Source of the DNA: Owenia fusiformis
Taxonomy: Eukaryota
Assembly: GCA_903813345.2 (NCBI GenBank)
Contig: CAIIXF020000001.1
Location: forward strand, 18,910,001-18,974,000
Length of the DNA stretch: 64,000 nt
Reading direction: 5' to 3'
Shown: in pieces, positions 50,001-62,040 of the stretch
Layout of the letters: every line of letters begins with the position of its first letter
Position numbering within the stretch: the stretch's first letter is position 1
Program-made: the position numbers and the translations under genes
The notes under the pieces: generated by a model
Told to the model about the DNA's origin: nothing
What the model saw: the letters and a program-made list of their open reading frames with translations, nothing else
Databases searched by the model: none

Positions 50001-52882
50001 ACTTGGGCATTTTAAAAGTGTCTCAGACAATACATAAAATAAATTCAGAACTTTTCCATTGTATTGAGGGGGTGTGAGGGGTGGCCCACTCTAGAAAATT
50101 TTACAATTTTAAGATGCTATTTGATGCTTTCTGGGCACTTTAAAAGTGTATGAGATGATGAAAAAAAATTACAAAAAAATAAAATTTCAAATTTTTTTTT
50201 TACATTTTTTAAATTTTTTTTGGGGGTGTCAAAGGGGGGTGCGGTCGCACCCATCGCACCCCCCCATCTGACGGGCCTGTAAAGTGAATGAAATATTAAA
50301 GTTTCATTTAAAATTAAATAATATACTTGAGTAATAAGATCAATCATTGTCAGACAGGGATTTTTTGTTACTTATTTTATCCACCTCAGAATATTTTGTT
50401 TAAAAACCGAATTTCGAGGCGAATAACGATCCCTCTAAGATCAACTACACATTTCTGGGTAACCAAATCATTGGGTTGGATGTAAAAACAAACAAAATGA
50501 AAAATGACGCTGTGATGAAACATGTGTTCACTTTCGATTGTGGTGTGAATAACAAAATAGAGCTAGTAGATATAGCAAGTAAGTCAGTGAATAAATCAGA
50601 AACCACGAAGAGAAAAATTGGGAAGATAGACGCGAGGCCGTCATGAAATAACATGAAACAATATTTATCCCATGTGATGCTCATATTGACCATGTTGACT
50701 CGCAATTCAATACAACCCAAAACAAAATACAAGTGTGTTATACGAGTTCTTCAAGGCAGAATCAAAGGTAGAGAGTGACGACATTCAAAAATAATGTCGT
50801 GTTGATACACACAAATTAAATGTTGAAATTTTTAAGTTTTCATGGAATATTAGGTGTGAATTTTGGGGATGTAAGAAATCAAAAGGAGTGATTATGATTA
50901 TATTTTTTTATTCTAAAATTGAAACTTTTTAGACAGTTTGCTGGCCTGATCTGAGACACGTTATGTATAAGAAAATGTTCGAAAATGGTCATATTTTATA
51001 ATGAGGAGTGGCTTAAATGTCGATTTTGTCAAACTCGTATTCCATCCCACATGTGACACCTAGTTCTCAACTAGTTCTCAAATCGTCCTATCATATCCAC
51101 GCCCGTAAAACGGACAAAATGAGTGAGTGGTACGATTTCTGCAAGAAAAAATATTTTTACTAAAGTTCAATCGCAAAATGAATAGGTGCATGGTATGGTC
51201 AAATAGTGTCAAATCTGTCTTCTATGATTTCTCTTCTTCTAAGTTGTGGCACGAAACCTCCCAATATACGATGCTAGTTCGCACGTTCATAAAATCTTCT
51301 ATTCTGTACATGAACCTACTAAAAACGAGTAGATCTATTTTGATATCCTATTATGAACTTTTATTAGACCCCATCAAAATATTCATGTCGACCAACCCTA
51401 CATTCACACCGAGCTAGTTTTCACTACGTTCTCGAAAACTAAGAACGAATTGGACGTACTTAGAACCGTTTGAGGTGTAGTTACAAACTTCGTGTAGGTC
51501 TTCCAGAACTTAGACCATGCTCAAAGTTTTCTAATTGTCGTCACGTTCTGCAATCAGAAAGAATGACAACGTAATTAACTCTTAGACGAACTGGACGTAA
51601 GACTATACTATAAACGAAACTGTCAATTAGGTTAATGATTCGATAACATATTGGGACGTATTGAGAACGAGGTAGAACTAATTTGCAACGGGTTTAAACT
51701 AATTGAGGACGTATTAAAGACTGCGTATGAGCGAAAAAATAGCTATCACACCAAACTACTGCGTTCTTGATCTTGAGTGCGAATGGAATGAACGTAGCTG
51801 CAACTTTCTACGGTCTATCTACGGACTTTATGCACGTGCTCGGACGAGGTGCGCGTTAACGACGGTGTGCAATCGAATATCAGTGGCAACAAGTAAGCTT
51901 ATGCACACCGACATGGTGCAACCTTAACGAAATAAACTGCGAATGAGATGAACGTGTTGAAGACTGTTTATGAACGAATACTAGTAGTCTAGAAGTAGCT
52001 AATTATCTTAGACATAGTACCCGACCACAGCCACATTTAGCCAGTTTCTGTAGCTATGGAAAGAACGGTTAAGAACTAGCCTAGTTTGGTGTGATGGGGG
52101 GAGGGTTAGAACAAGAAGTCCATGAAGTTAATAAAAATACCGAAATTTTTACGTCCAATTCGTTCGCATACGTTAAAAAAGTCAAGGACGTAGTGAGAAC
52201 ATTGTTCCTTGGGAGACAATGGCCGCTAGAATATTTTGTGAATTTTGGAGCACCTTCCCGTCAGAGCACGTCCATGCAATTCGTATACGACCGTATTAAA
52301 AGAAACAAGGAAACATATGAATTCTCTCTTTAACAACATTATTATTATTTTTTAGAATCTTCAAGTTACCCACAAGAACCTGCTAGTTCAGCAACGGGCA
52401 TCGCAGGTGACGATACAATTACGTCTCCGCGAAACAGTTCCCAGCATGTCTCATTCAATCCATCTGTCCTCGATACGCGGGTCCCCCACGGTCAAATGGA
52501 CGTAGATGATGAACCGGAGGACTATGATGACGATGACGCCAAAGTAGATAGTAAATCTAGGAGAAAAAGGACTGCATTTTCCAGTGAACAACTCATGGAA
52601 TTAGAAAACGAATTCCAATACAAGAAGTACCTTTCTCTACAAGAACGTTGCCATTTGGCTAAGACACTAAAACTCAGCGAGGTGCAGGTAAAAATCTGGT
52701 TCCAAAACAGGAGAGCAAAATGGAAGAGGGTTAAAGCCGGAAGTTCACAAAATAGAGCGCCATCTTTACCACAGAGGAATGGCAACACTCCGCAGACGAC
52801 CAATTGTAACAAACCTAAGATAATTGTTCCAATACCCGTCCATGCTAACAGAATGACAGCAAGAAATGCTAAATTATTTTAG
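47034..52882 (+). CDS. GBX: Gbx-family homeobox transcription factor (divergent), about 324 aa
   Basis: Exon 47034-47481 (donor AG|GTACTT, phase 1) joins 52356-52882 in frame. Homeodomain [61 protein letters not shown] plus the Gbx C-terminal motif [10 protein letters not shown]. The exon 1 assignment and start codon are less certain than the homeodomain exon. Confidence 0.85.
48310..50279. mobile_element. hAT-like non-autonomous element with an internal ~315-bp tandem array, in the Gbx intron
   Basis: TIR caggcccgtaaga / tctgacgggcctg; TAAAGT duplicated at 48304-48309 and 50280-50285. About 4 diverged units (ccccagaaacattgac anchors near 49004, 49326, 49633, 49953). Confidence 0.8.
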
Positions 52883-53078
52883 AAACGTGTCTACTTGGAA
52901 TAATTTGGACATTTTATAAACGACATTCTAGTTGAAAGCCCATGATTGCACCATGGGTTTTCAACTATCTAATTGAAAGCCCATGATTGCACACACTCCC
53001 CTCCAAACATTTGGCAATTCCGACTTTCTAATGAATAGCGGTTTTAAAGCTAATGATTTGTAATTTTTTCCTCAATTA

Positions 53079-54170
53079 CGAGGGGTGATCCAAAAGTCTT
53101 GGACGCCCCGCTCTAACTTTGCTATTTTTTAATATAATTACATGAAACTTTCAGATAATAAAGATCAACATCTTAACAACTTTGTGTATAAGTTTCAACA
53201 GAAAATAATATATTTTAGCTACTTTTCTAAATCTTTATGATACCGGGTCCTTGCTACCCGGAACGGTATTTCTATATAGAAAATCATGTCACAACTGTTA
53301 TAATATGGCAAATACTTTAGGTGCAGGTGCACAACCTAACACCAGTCATGATATGAGAGAATTTCCGATTTTCAGTCTGAGTGTCATCTGCCATCATCAT
53401 CTTCACATATTAAGACCTACTTTTCAACATATTTTCAACGAATTTGAACACATTTTTCAAACCGCTTTACCGATGATTGAAAGACATTTATGAAACCGCC
53501 ATTGCTTATGTGATACAAATGCTGCTGGAGTGCCACTCTGAGCCTCATCCAATGAGTAAAAAACATTTTCTTTCAACCCTCCTTTCAACTTGGAGAAAAG
53601 AAAGAAAATCACACTGAGCCGTATCTAGACTGTATCATGCCTATGGTAGTTGCTCAAGGTCAATAATAGTGAAAATATATTGTATTATTCTTTGTTTCAC
53701 TTTGATTTTTTCTTTCATGTTCTGCATTTCAGCCATCTTGGAGCGAAAATGATACCAGAATGAGGGTTGATTGTCTGTTGTCGTTTTCTTAGAACTTGAT
53801 ATATATGGCCATTGTCATATGTGGCATTATGATTAAAACACAATTAATTGGTTGCCTAGTAACAAAGGAAGTAACCTAACATGGTCTAACATTCAAAATT
53901 TAAGGAAAGATAGTGGTTACGACTTGCAAAACAAGTCAAATAGCGGCAACATTTAAGGCTGAAAGTTGCCATGTGCGAATACCGTTCCGGGTGGCAGGGT
54001 CACTATATTAATATCTATCGAGAAAACTACATAAAATATATCATTTCACCATGAAATTAATACACAAAATAGTTAGGTTGTTGGTCTTTATTATTAGAAA
54101 GTTTAAAGTAATTTTATCAAAAACCCCAAAAATTAGAGCAGGGCGTCCAAGAATTTTGGATCACCCCTCG
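53079..54170 (-). mobile_element. Decayed mariner element
   Basis: TA|cgaggggtgatccaaaa..cttggacgccc TIRs|TA. Minus-strand remnants FFLFSKLKGGL and RFEKCVQI..YVEK* resemble the mariner transposase C-terminus. Confidence 0.85.
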
Positions 54171-54759
54171 TACAATAGCAAGGTGCATTTTCGAAAATCG
54201 CAAAACTTTCTGAGGGTTGGTTGTTGTCCTTTTGGTTAATATGAAAATTTGCCTGATGTAATTCCTCATTTACTTCCAACGTTGACTGTGTTCCAGATGA
54301 TGGAACTGTGAATTTTTCAAAGTCAGGTGGTTTCGTATTTTAACACTCATTATCCGACACGTTTTTACAATATACATAAACTCATCTTTATTGACAATTC
54401 AAATCCCATAGATTTCTCTTCGAGAAATTGATGTGTTTACGTCGAACTAGATTGGGGTTCAAACTTGAAAAAATCACGACATTCTTGATTGTAGGTTATG
54501 TCGAATTTTCGGTACTTTTTCCATAATGAATTTGGACAGACTGTATTCATACACTTCGACATATGATCAAGATATCTCAGTTTATTTTCTGAAAATATTT
54601 AGGAAAGGGAAGCAGTACCACGATTCTTCTTGACTAGTTCCAACATTTCACCATCGCCATCTCTTTTCTTCCTTTTAGTGCACGTGGAAATTGAAATTAT
54701 GATGTAAATGCAACAAAATACAAAATGCGTCTCGTTGCATTTATCATGCAATGTGTATA

Positions 54760-55560
54760 ATTATTATTGTTAGTACCTCAGTGTAAATACTCGCATCTGA
54801 TTGGTCAATTAGCGGTCAACATTTTTGCCTGTACCTCACCTGTGCATCATGGGATATCATATTATTGACCGCTTATGTTACTGTAGCTTACTACACTTGC
54901 AAGGAGGATTGGAAGCCAGGGTTCCAACTCAATATTCTTTAATCTCCACGCATGCGTCATTTGCTATTCGTGTCTGTATAATTTGTACAACTGCATGGAG
55001 AATGACCCGATACTCTCCAACAAAGCTATCGCTAGGTGATTGTTTTGCAGAATATCGGTGTTGCATTCTGGGAGCCAATCCTCCTTGCTACACTTGTGAA
55101 TTATGGGGAATATGACGTCATAATGTTTACAGTAGACGGACATTTCATAAACGTTGATGAAAGTGATATTCTGACTTTGCTAGACGACAAGTATAGCAAA
55201 AATACAAAAAGAAACGAAAAATTAACATTAATTTACTAGTGAGTACGCAGTTATGTGCCAACAACAGAGAGTTTAACTACCACTGTCTTCAAAATTATTG
55301 CTGGCGTGGTTCGGAGAAAAGATTGTGAAATGAAGCCATGATTGATGACTGTCGTCTATATGTGTATTATAAGTTTCTTCTGACTAACAAAACAATTGTA
55401 GACCTCTCCATTCGGTCAACCGTCAAAATCATATACCTCGACTGTAAACCTTGAAACTACTGTTGACCTCGACCTTCGGTCTCTGTCAACAGTAGTTTCT
55501 CGGTTTACAGTCTCGGTATACAATTTTGCCGGTTGACCTCTGGAGAGGTCAACAATTGTA
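54760..55560 (+). mobile_element. Crypton-like non-autonomous element with a terminal ~170-bp palindrome
   Basis: Hairpin 55392-55560 centred on gaccttcggtc; CTGATTGG at about 54798; short peptide FINVDESDILTLLDDKYSKNTKR resembles the N-terminus of Crypton-type tyrosine recombinases (from memory, not searched). Confidence 0.5.
54900..55087. mobile_element. CAAGG-ended MITE with 9-bp TSD
   Basis: caaggaggattgg / ccaatcctccttg; CTACACTTG duplicated at 54891-54899 and 55088-55096. Other copies at 56845-57116 and 63038-63289 with imperfect 8-9-bp duplications. Confidence 0.85.
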
Positions 55561-55722
55561 AGCCTATACTGTAACTATGTAAAATATTATTAAGCACTTT
55601 ATAAAATGATAAAATAAACATTTTATTAGTAGAATACAACTTGTTCACTTATGAACGGATGCCAATGTGTTGGAGACAATTGCCAAAAGATAGAACGTAT
55701 AATACGTATTATTGTATAAATA

Positions 55723-57617
55723 CAGGGTGATTCAGGAAGTGGAACATTACTTTAATGTATGTAGCAAAAGGTCCATGTGCAGTATGGCAAGTGATTTTTG
55801 ACAGTCATATTTCACCATGAGTACTTTCTGGGTATAAATACAATGGTTTTCATTAAAACATTTATGTTTACTTTCAAGTGAAGTCTCCATGATAGTAAAA
55901 TATCGATCCAACTCTCTGAAAAAATTATGGATTAGGACCCCACCTTGTCACTTTTTTTAAAATGTACTTGGCTTATTTTCTAAAAAGAGGATCTTGTTTT
56001 TCTCAATTTAAATATATCAAAAGTTTCTCCTACACTATATTAATAACTTCTGAAAAGGGGGATGGGCATTGAAATGCGATAAAGTTAAAAACCACATTTC
56101 CCATGTTATTTTCCAATAGGGAAAACTCATGCTATCCATTGTTTTCAGCATCATTTTGGTCATCGAAATTGAAAAACTAGACTTTCAATACCATTCTACG
56201 TTTGAAGATGTTTTAGACCCCTTGTTGAATAATCTTTTCATGCAATAAAAATCAGAAAAAGATCCTCTTTTGAGCAAATAAGTTAAACATTTTGAAAAAA
56301 TTGTTGACGTGGGGTCCCTATTTTTATCATCATGGGGACTTCACTTGAAGGAAAACATATTGTTTTAATAAAAACCACTGTATTTATGCCTAGAAAGTAC
56401 TCATGGTGAAAGATATGACCCTCTAAAATCACTTGCCATACTGCACATGGACATTTCTCTTCTAAAAAACATCAAAATTTTTCCGAGCATAGTTCATGCA
56501 AATAAACATTGGCTGCAAAGTTTTTGATGCAACTTATCTCCAAGTTCAAGTTTGGTTTTCAGTTTCGAAATAATGCTAAATTTCCTGTTTGTTGATTTTT
56601 CTTCAAGCTATCGAGATGACAAACTTCAACTTGGCCAAACGTTTTAAACGTTTTGCTTGGAAGATCCAATCTGGTAACTACTCGATCACGGTCAACACTT
56701 CGTATCCAAATATTGGTTAGTAACAGGTTAGTTTGATGGCAATGGTTGGATTTTTCAGTGATGGAGAGAAAGAGAGCATCTGCTTTGACATATAACTACT
56801 ATAATTTTCGTTTTCTTAATATCTTGAATGAGATTGTTTCCATACAAGGAGGATTTACTCCCAGAATGCAATCTCGATATTTTCCAATGATGAAAATGTT
56901 AGAATGTCGTAATGGTCCAGACAATTAACTGGTTATATTCACAATCAGCAATCCATAAGATTCGACCTAATATCTTTTTATGTGTTTTCAATTTTTTATT
57001 ACATAATTAGACCAAAACTTGTGATTCAAAATTTAAAGTGAAAACAAGACATCCTCCAAGATCGGATTTAATGTTGGAAAATATCGAGATTGCATTATAG
57101 GAGCCAATCCTCCTTGTTTCAATAATTCCAATGCATTATGAGCTGAAACATGGATCCCAATCTGACATATTCCTTCTTTCCAGTTCTTATATAGGCCTAA
57201 AGTATATTCGAATCCCATCTTTATGATATCACTTGGTATTGAAAATAGTTTCTAACTGATTTTACATGTAAACAGCTCTTGTCAATGCTATTTTATAATA
57301 CTATAGCAATCAGTATATTTGTAAAATAAAGAGTCTCTATAAAAGCAACAAAATTGATACCCTTTGCACTCGTTCGACTTCGCCTCTCAAAAAGAACTTC
57401 GTCTTCGGTAGTTTATAATATAACTGGACTCTGCACGCAGGGTACAAAATTGAGTAGTCGATAATATTTCAAAGAAGGGGGGTCCTGTCTAACATTTGTG
57501 GACTGCACCTAAAACGTTACATGGGATAAATATTCAACAGAATTTGTGTACTCAGAGGAGAAATTAATTTATAATTATATAGAATTAACCAATGTTCCAC
57601 TTTTTTGGACCACCCTG
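55723..57617. mobile_element. Tc1-type non-autonomous element with nested insertions
   Basis: TA|cagggtgattcaggaagtggaacatt ... aatgttccacttttttggaccaccctg|TA. Contains a foldback at 55771-56452 and a CAAGG MITE at 56845-57116. Confidence 0.7.
55771..56452. mobile_element. Foldback/MITE with inverted arms over 200 bp
   Basis: gtccatgtgcagtatggcaagtgatttt / aaaatcacttgccatactgcacatggac and further matching blocks. The centre resembles 43594-43665. Confidence 0.8.
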
Positions 57618-58442
57618 TAGAGTATGAGATCGAGTTTTTCTGAAGGTTTGAATCAAAAACAGTATGCTTAACTTACATGTAGTCATTAGGTTTTCATCTG
57701 TTTAACACAGTTATTTATTTTTCTATATTTGATAAACCTGGTTGGGATAGAAGTTCATTTCATTTCCAAACGCCTCTGAAACTTTATCAATAGCTCATCA
57801 CACTATTTGTCAATATATTTCCCGTTTTCTGTTGATAAACCAATTATTTCGATACCTAATTAAATGGAATCAGCGAAATTCATCCATACATTCCCTGTTT
57901 ATTGAATTTCAAGGTCAAATCAACGTTTTTAAGTCTCTCGAAGACTGACGCTATCTAACACCAATATTTCCCCTGAAATTGATGTTTCAGGATTGTGTAA
58001 GATTTTATCAACTAAAAACTTTTTACATAGATTTTTAGACATCAGGTTAAGGTCAAAAATGATTTTTAACTTTCTTCAAACTGTCCCTCGTGTAATTTAG
58101 ACAAAAAGTGGGACTTGCAATTTTCCTGAGTGAAGTAATGAGCACACGAGTCGTAGGTCTATTTTACTTAATTTCATTGGATGTTTTGTACTTTAAAGCA
58201 ATATGTCTACTGATTTGTTTGAACTCTTCAACTTTGTCAAATGGGCAATCAGATGTGATATGATTACTTTCCAACCCTTTCAATCTGTTCACAACTTGCT
58301 TTGTTGATTTATTCAAAATAGTTTAAATATTGCTTCCTTCTCTGCATTTCTAACTCCCATGTTTGGGTTATTGATGTAGGAGTACATTGCAGTGATAAAC
58401 TGTATTGTACTGCAATCATGTTCAGACCACAGCTCTGACAAG

Positions 58443-58790
58443 TTTCTCCTGAGGGAGATTATGTTGTGTTCTTGCTTCATTGCTCCTTAGGGAGTCAATG
58501 AAAAGTTTTGTTGCTGAGTTGGTTGCTCCTTGGGAGACAATGACATGTGTTGCTGCTTCATTGCTCCCAAGGGACACAATAGTAGCTGGTCAGTGCTCCA
58601 TAAGGAGACAATGACGCTCCCAAGGGAGACAATAGTCTTGTGATGGTGAATCGGTCTTCCTTGGGGAGACAATGGAATGTGGTTATGCTTCATTGCTCGC
58701 ACGGGAGACAATAGCACATGTTGTGTTACTGAATCAGTGCTCCTTAGGGAGACAATGGGATGTGTTTGTGCTGGTCCTTTATGGGAGCAT
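58443..58790. repeat. Degenerate array of about 10 palindromic motifs (ttgctcc-N-gggagacaat) with variable spacers
   Basis: Motifs near 58443, 58479, 58523, 58560, 58594, 58615, 58655, 58692, 58737, 58775. Confidence 0.8.
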
Positions 58791-61060
58791 CACACATAGG
58801 CCTAACTAAATGAAGGAAAACCAAGATATTTTCAATTGCAAATTTTCCCATATAAATTTTACGATGCATAATTTATCTAATATTCAAGTCCATGTTCAAG
58901 TCATGCAATTGCTTTAAAACGATTTCCAAATAAAAATGCTTATATGAGGTGTTATATTTATTCAAATTGGGCCTGTGATATTTCTATCTAAACATATAAC
59001 TTTCAAACTTGTCACTCAAAACAAGTTTGGGAATCTGTTTCAGTAGATTGTACCTAAAAAGCACCAACACGTCTTATAGAAAACCAGGGACATTTTATCA
59101 TCTTGATTTAATTTTCCACCACCTGTATCTAACATGAAGTGAACTTTAGACCACATTCCCAACTTAAGTCCCCAATCCCTGTGTTTCTTACCACAATAAA
59201 GTCATTGCAAATTGCCTCGAAAAGTCAAGACAGATTTTGTGGTTATTTGATAACCAAAAAAAGAGACAAGCATATATATCAATAACAAATGGTATATTTA
59301 ACAAATCTCAAAATGAGAGGTATCATACCTATGGCCCAGTAATTTTATATATTAACATAAGTTAAGGTAAACAATTAACATCAGTCAATGTATATACACC
59401 AAACACAATTACAAACATTGTCGGCAAGATGAAGGTAAGATTGTTTGAAGGAACATTATGAGCCTGTCAACGTGATTGACAAACCAATAAAAGGGATTTG
59501 AAATGTCTCATTGTTTCCTCTGATAGCTAGCAAGGTAGGCGGAATTCATTAGTTTTTATTATTAAAAATATGAATTCTTCAACCTGGATGCTAAAGCCTA
59601 TGTATTTAAGCTTAGGAATTATTTACAGTAGAAAATCACTTGGAATCGTGTTTGAAATTGCTCCTAGAGCCATGTGACAGGTCTATCAGCTTCAGTGTAG
59701 CAATCATCAGAGCTATTACCCTGATCCATATTGGTTAATCACACTTCACTCTGACAATTATGGATGATTTCAAAGTCCTGATAAGAATGTGAGATTAACA
59801 TTAACTACTCATAGACAGAAAATGAAGTGTCCTTATTATTCACTAAACAGATTCTGGTAATTATTATTAATTATGGATAAAAGGTAGATCCAATAACTAT
59901 CTCTGATTTAAAAAGAATATAACTAAGGTCATACTCTTGGGAAGAGTACAGCCTTAAAAACTACCCAGGAAAAATGTCACTCTTCAATTCTATTTTGATT
60001 TTTTTTCTGCACAAATTCTCAATAAAGTATGCATGTAGTCAGAGGGGAATAAACCAGAGTTCAAAATGAACCTATTTTCAAGTAGTGATGAACTGTTAGG
60101 TTAAGCATACAGAAACATATATCTACATGTTTCCATATTTACATCTTATTCTTGTCATAAAGTAGAACAATACTCCTTCAACTTGATTAAGATATTATTG
60201 GTGGGAAATACAATAGAATAACACACTGTTGGTCAAATCCTTAAACTACATACCCCATTACATTATTTATTAAACATTTATCAACATATTGCTTTTACTT
60301 GTGGTTTGGTTCTGTTAATGTGTGTATAAATAGGGTGATGTTACAAAAACCTTTCATTGATCTTTCCTTTTGTTCAGTTTGTTACATATCTGATTCATCC
60401 TTAAATTAAAGAATAGGGATAAATAAAATTATTAAACAATAGAGATAGATGTTATGTCACCTCGTAGTTCTGAGGCAAGTACCTTTCTATACCTGTACAA
60501 AACTAGGTAAATGTAATGATTTCTTGAAGCAAACCAAATAATAATTTTTGGTTTGAACAGTGAAAAACACACAAGGCAGTTACATTATAATATGGTACCA
60601 CAAACAAGGCAAGTTTTGAGAACTTGAAGATGATTTTAAAATAAATTGGTCAATTTGAAGCAAGTTGAAAATTATTTTTTTTTACCTTTTTTGACCTTGA
60701 GAAAGTCATAAAAGGTCAAAACTTAAATCTAAGGTCAGATTTGAACTTCTGAAAACGTGTAGATGGTTTTGAATTATTGGAAGTTGTAAGAATTTGTTAC
60801 AGACGACAACCGCCACCCACTGATCGCCAACCACCAACTGCCAACCATCAATTGTCAAGTTACAAAAATGGAAGCTACTTGTTTGATAAAATCCTTTACA
60901 ATCGGGGTTCACTGCCACAGCAGCTTGGGAAAGAAGTGAAATACCCCTGGGTCAAGGATGGTATAATAATGTCATCACTTCTTGGTGAATTGATGTGGAT
61001 AATACTATGTAAATGTATTCCTGTGATGTTATAGTTGTTTATTTATTGTGCAAAAAGGTA

Positions 61061-62040
61061 CAGGGTGACCCCAAAAAAATGCAACCCTCCATTTCTTCAA
61101 TATTTTTCTTGAATGGAGGCTAATTGCTCTGAAATTTGGCACACAAGGATTTCATTCAATGTGGGATCCTCTGGCAAAGTTTCAATAATCATAGCCTTAT
61201 ATTGATAGAGTAATGGTCGTTCCAAAATATGCTCCAAATGTCGTCCATTTCCACTGTTAGGTTTTCGGATGAATCACATTCCCTTCTTTCTGAACATGTA
61301 AACTCAAGAAATAATGTGTTCTAGGATCACAAATTCCAGATGAAGTGCTTCAAAGGCCCCTTCATTCTGTTATTAAAATGCACAGCTTGGGCTGCCAATT
61401 TCCAAACATGAAATCATCAGCCCCTTTTGGTTTAAGGTTGATAATGGCAACACTGTTACTGTTAACACACAGCGCAATATTGGCGTTCCCAGGAAGTTCT
61501 AGGCAGTTCTAGAATGACATACAGGCTTCAATAGACAAGAACAGTGGTTCTACAAGTATGGAGCTACTCCTCACACTTCTTATGATAGCATAGCCTGGCT
61601 CACTAGTCATTTCTATGAGAAGATTATCTCTCCTAGGATGGAGAACCCATGATCATCCCAACGTCTTGATCTCAATGCCCCTGACTTCTATATATGGGGT
61701 TATTTAAAGTATAATGTGTATGGAAATAACCCTACCGCAATTGCAGAACTCCAACAAGCAATGACTGCAAAAATTTAAGCCATACCCATGGGGAAAAATG
61801 CATCCGTGTTATGAACAGTTTTCCTTGAACATTGCAAGTTTGTTTTCAGCGAAATTGACGATATCTGGAGCATATTTTGAAACAACCATAACTCTATCAA
61901 TATAAGACTATGATTATTAAAACTTTGCCAGAGGATCCCACATTGAATGAAGTCCTTGTGTGCCAAATCTCGGAGCAATTTACTTCCATTTAAGAAAAAT
62001 ATTGAAGAAATGGAGGGTTGCATTTTTTTGGGTCACCCTG
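61061..62040 (+). mobile_element. Decayed Tc1/mariner-superfamily transposon with ~180-bp TIRs
   Basis: TA|cagggtgaccc..aaaatgcaaccctccatttcttcaatatttttc TIRs|TA. Remnants FSDESHF, GATPHT and LDLNAPDFYIWGYLKYNVY of a DDD transposase. Confidence 0.9.

Noticed and set aside
51095-52297. Possible decayed Harbinger-like element and small ORFs in the Gbx intron
   Set aside because: Motif-rich (agaac/gttct, acgta) and repeat-like, but I could not establish matching TIRs or a TSD; the ORFs have no recognisable motif.
57700-58400. Coding-like sequence on the minus strand
   Set aside because: Stops in all frames and no recognisable protein family.
58443-58790. CRISPR array
   Set aside because: Repeats are degenerate, spacers are 1-25 bp and related to each other, there are no cas genes, and the DNA is clearly eukaryotic.
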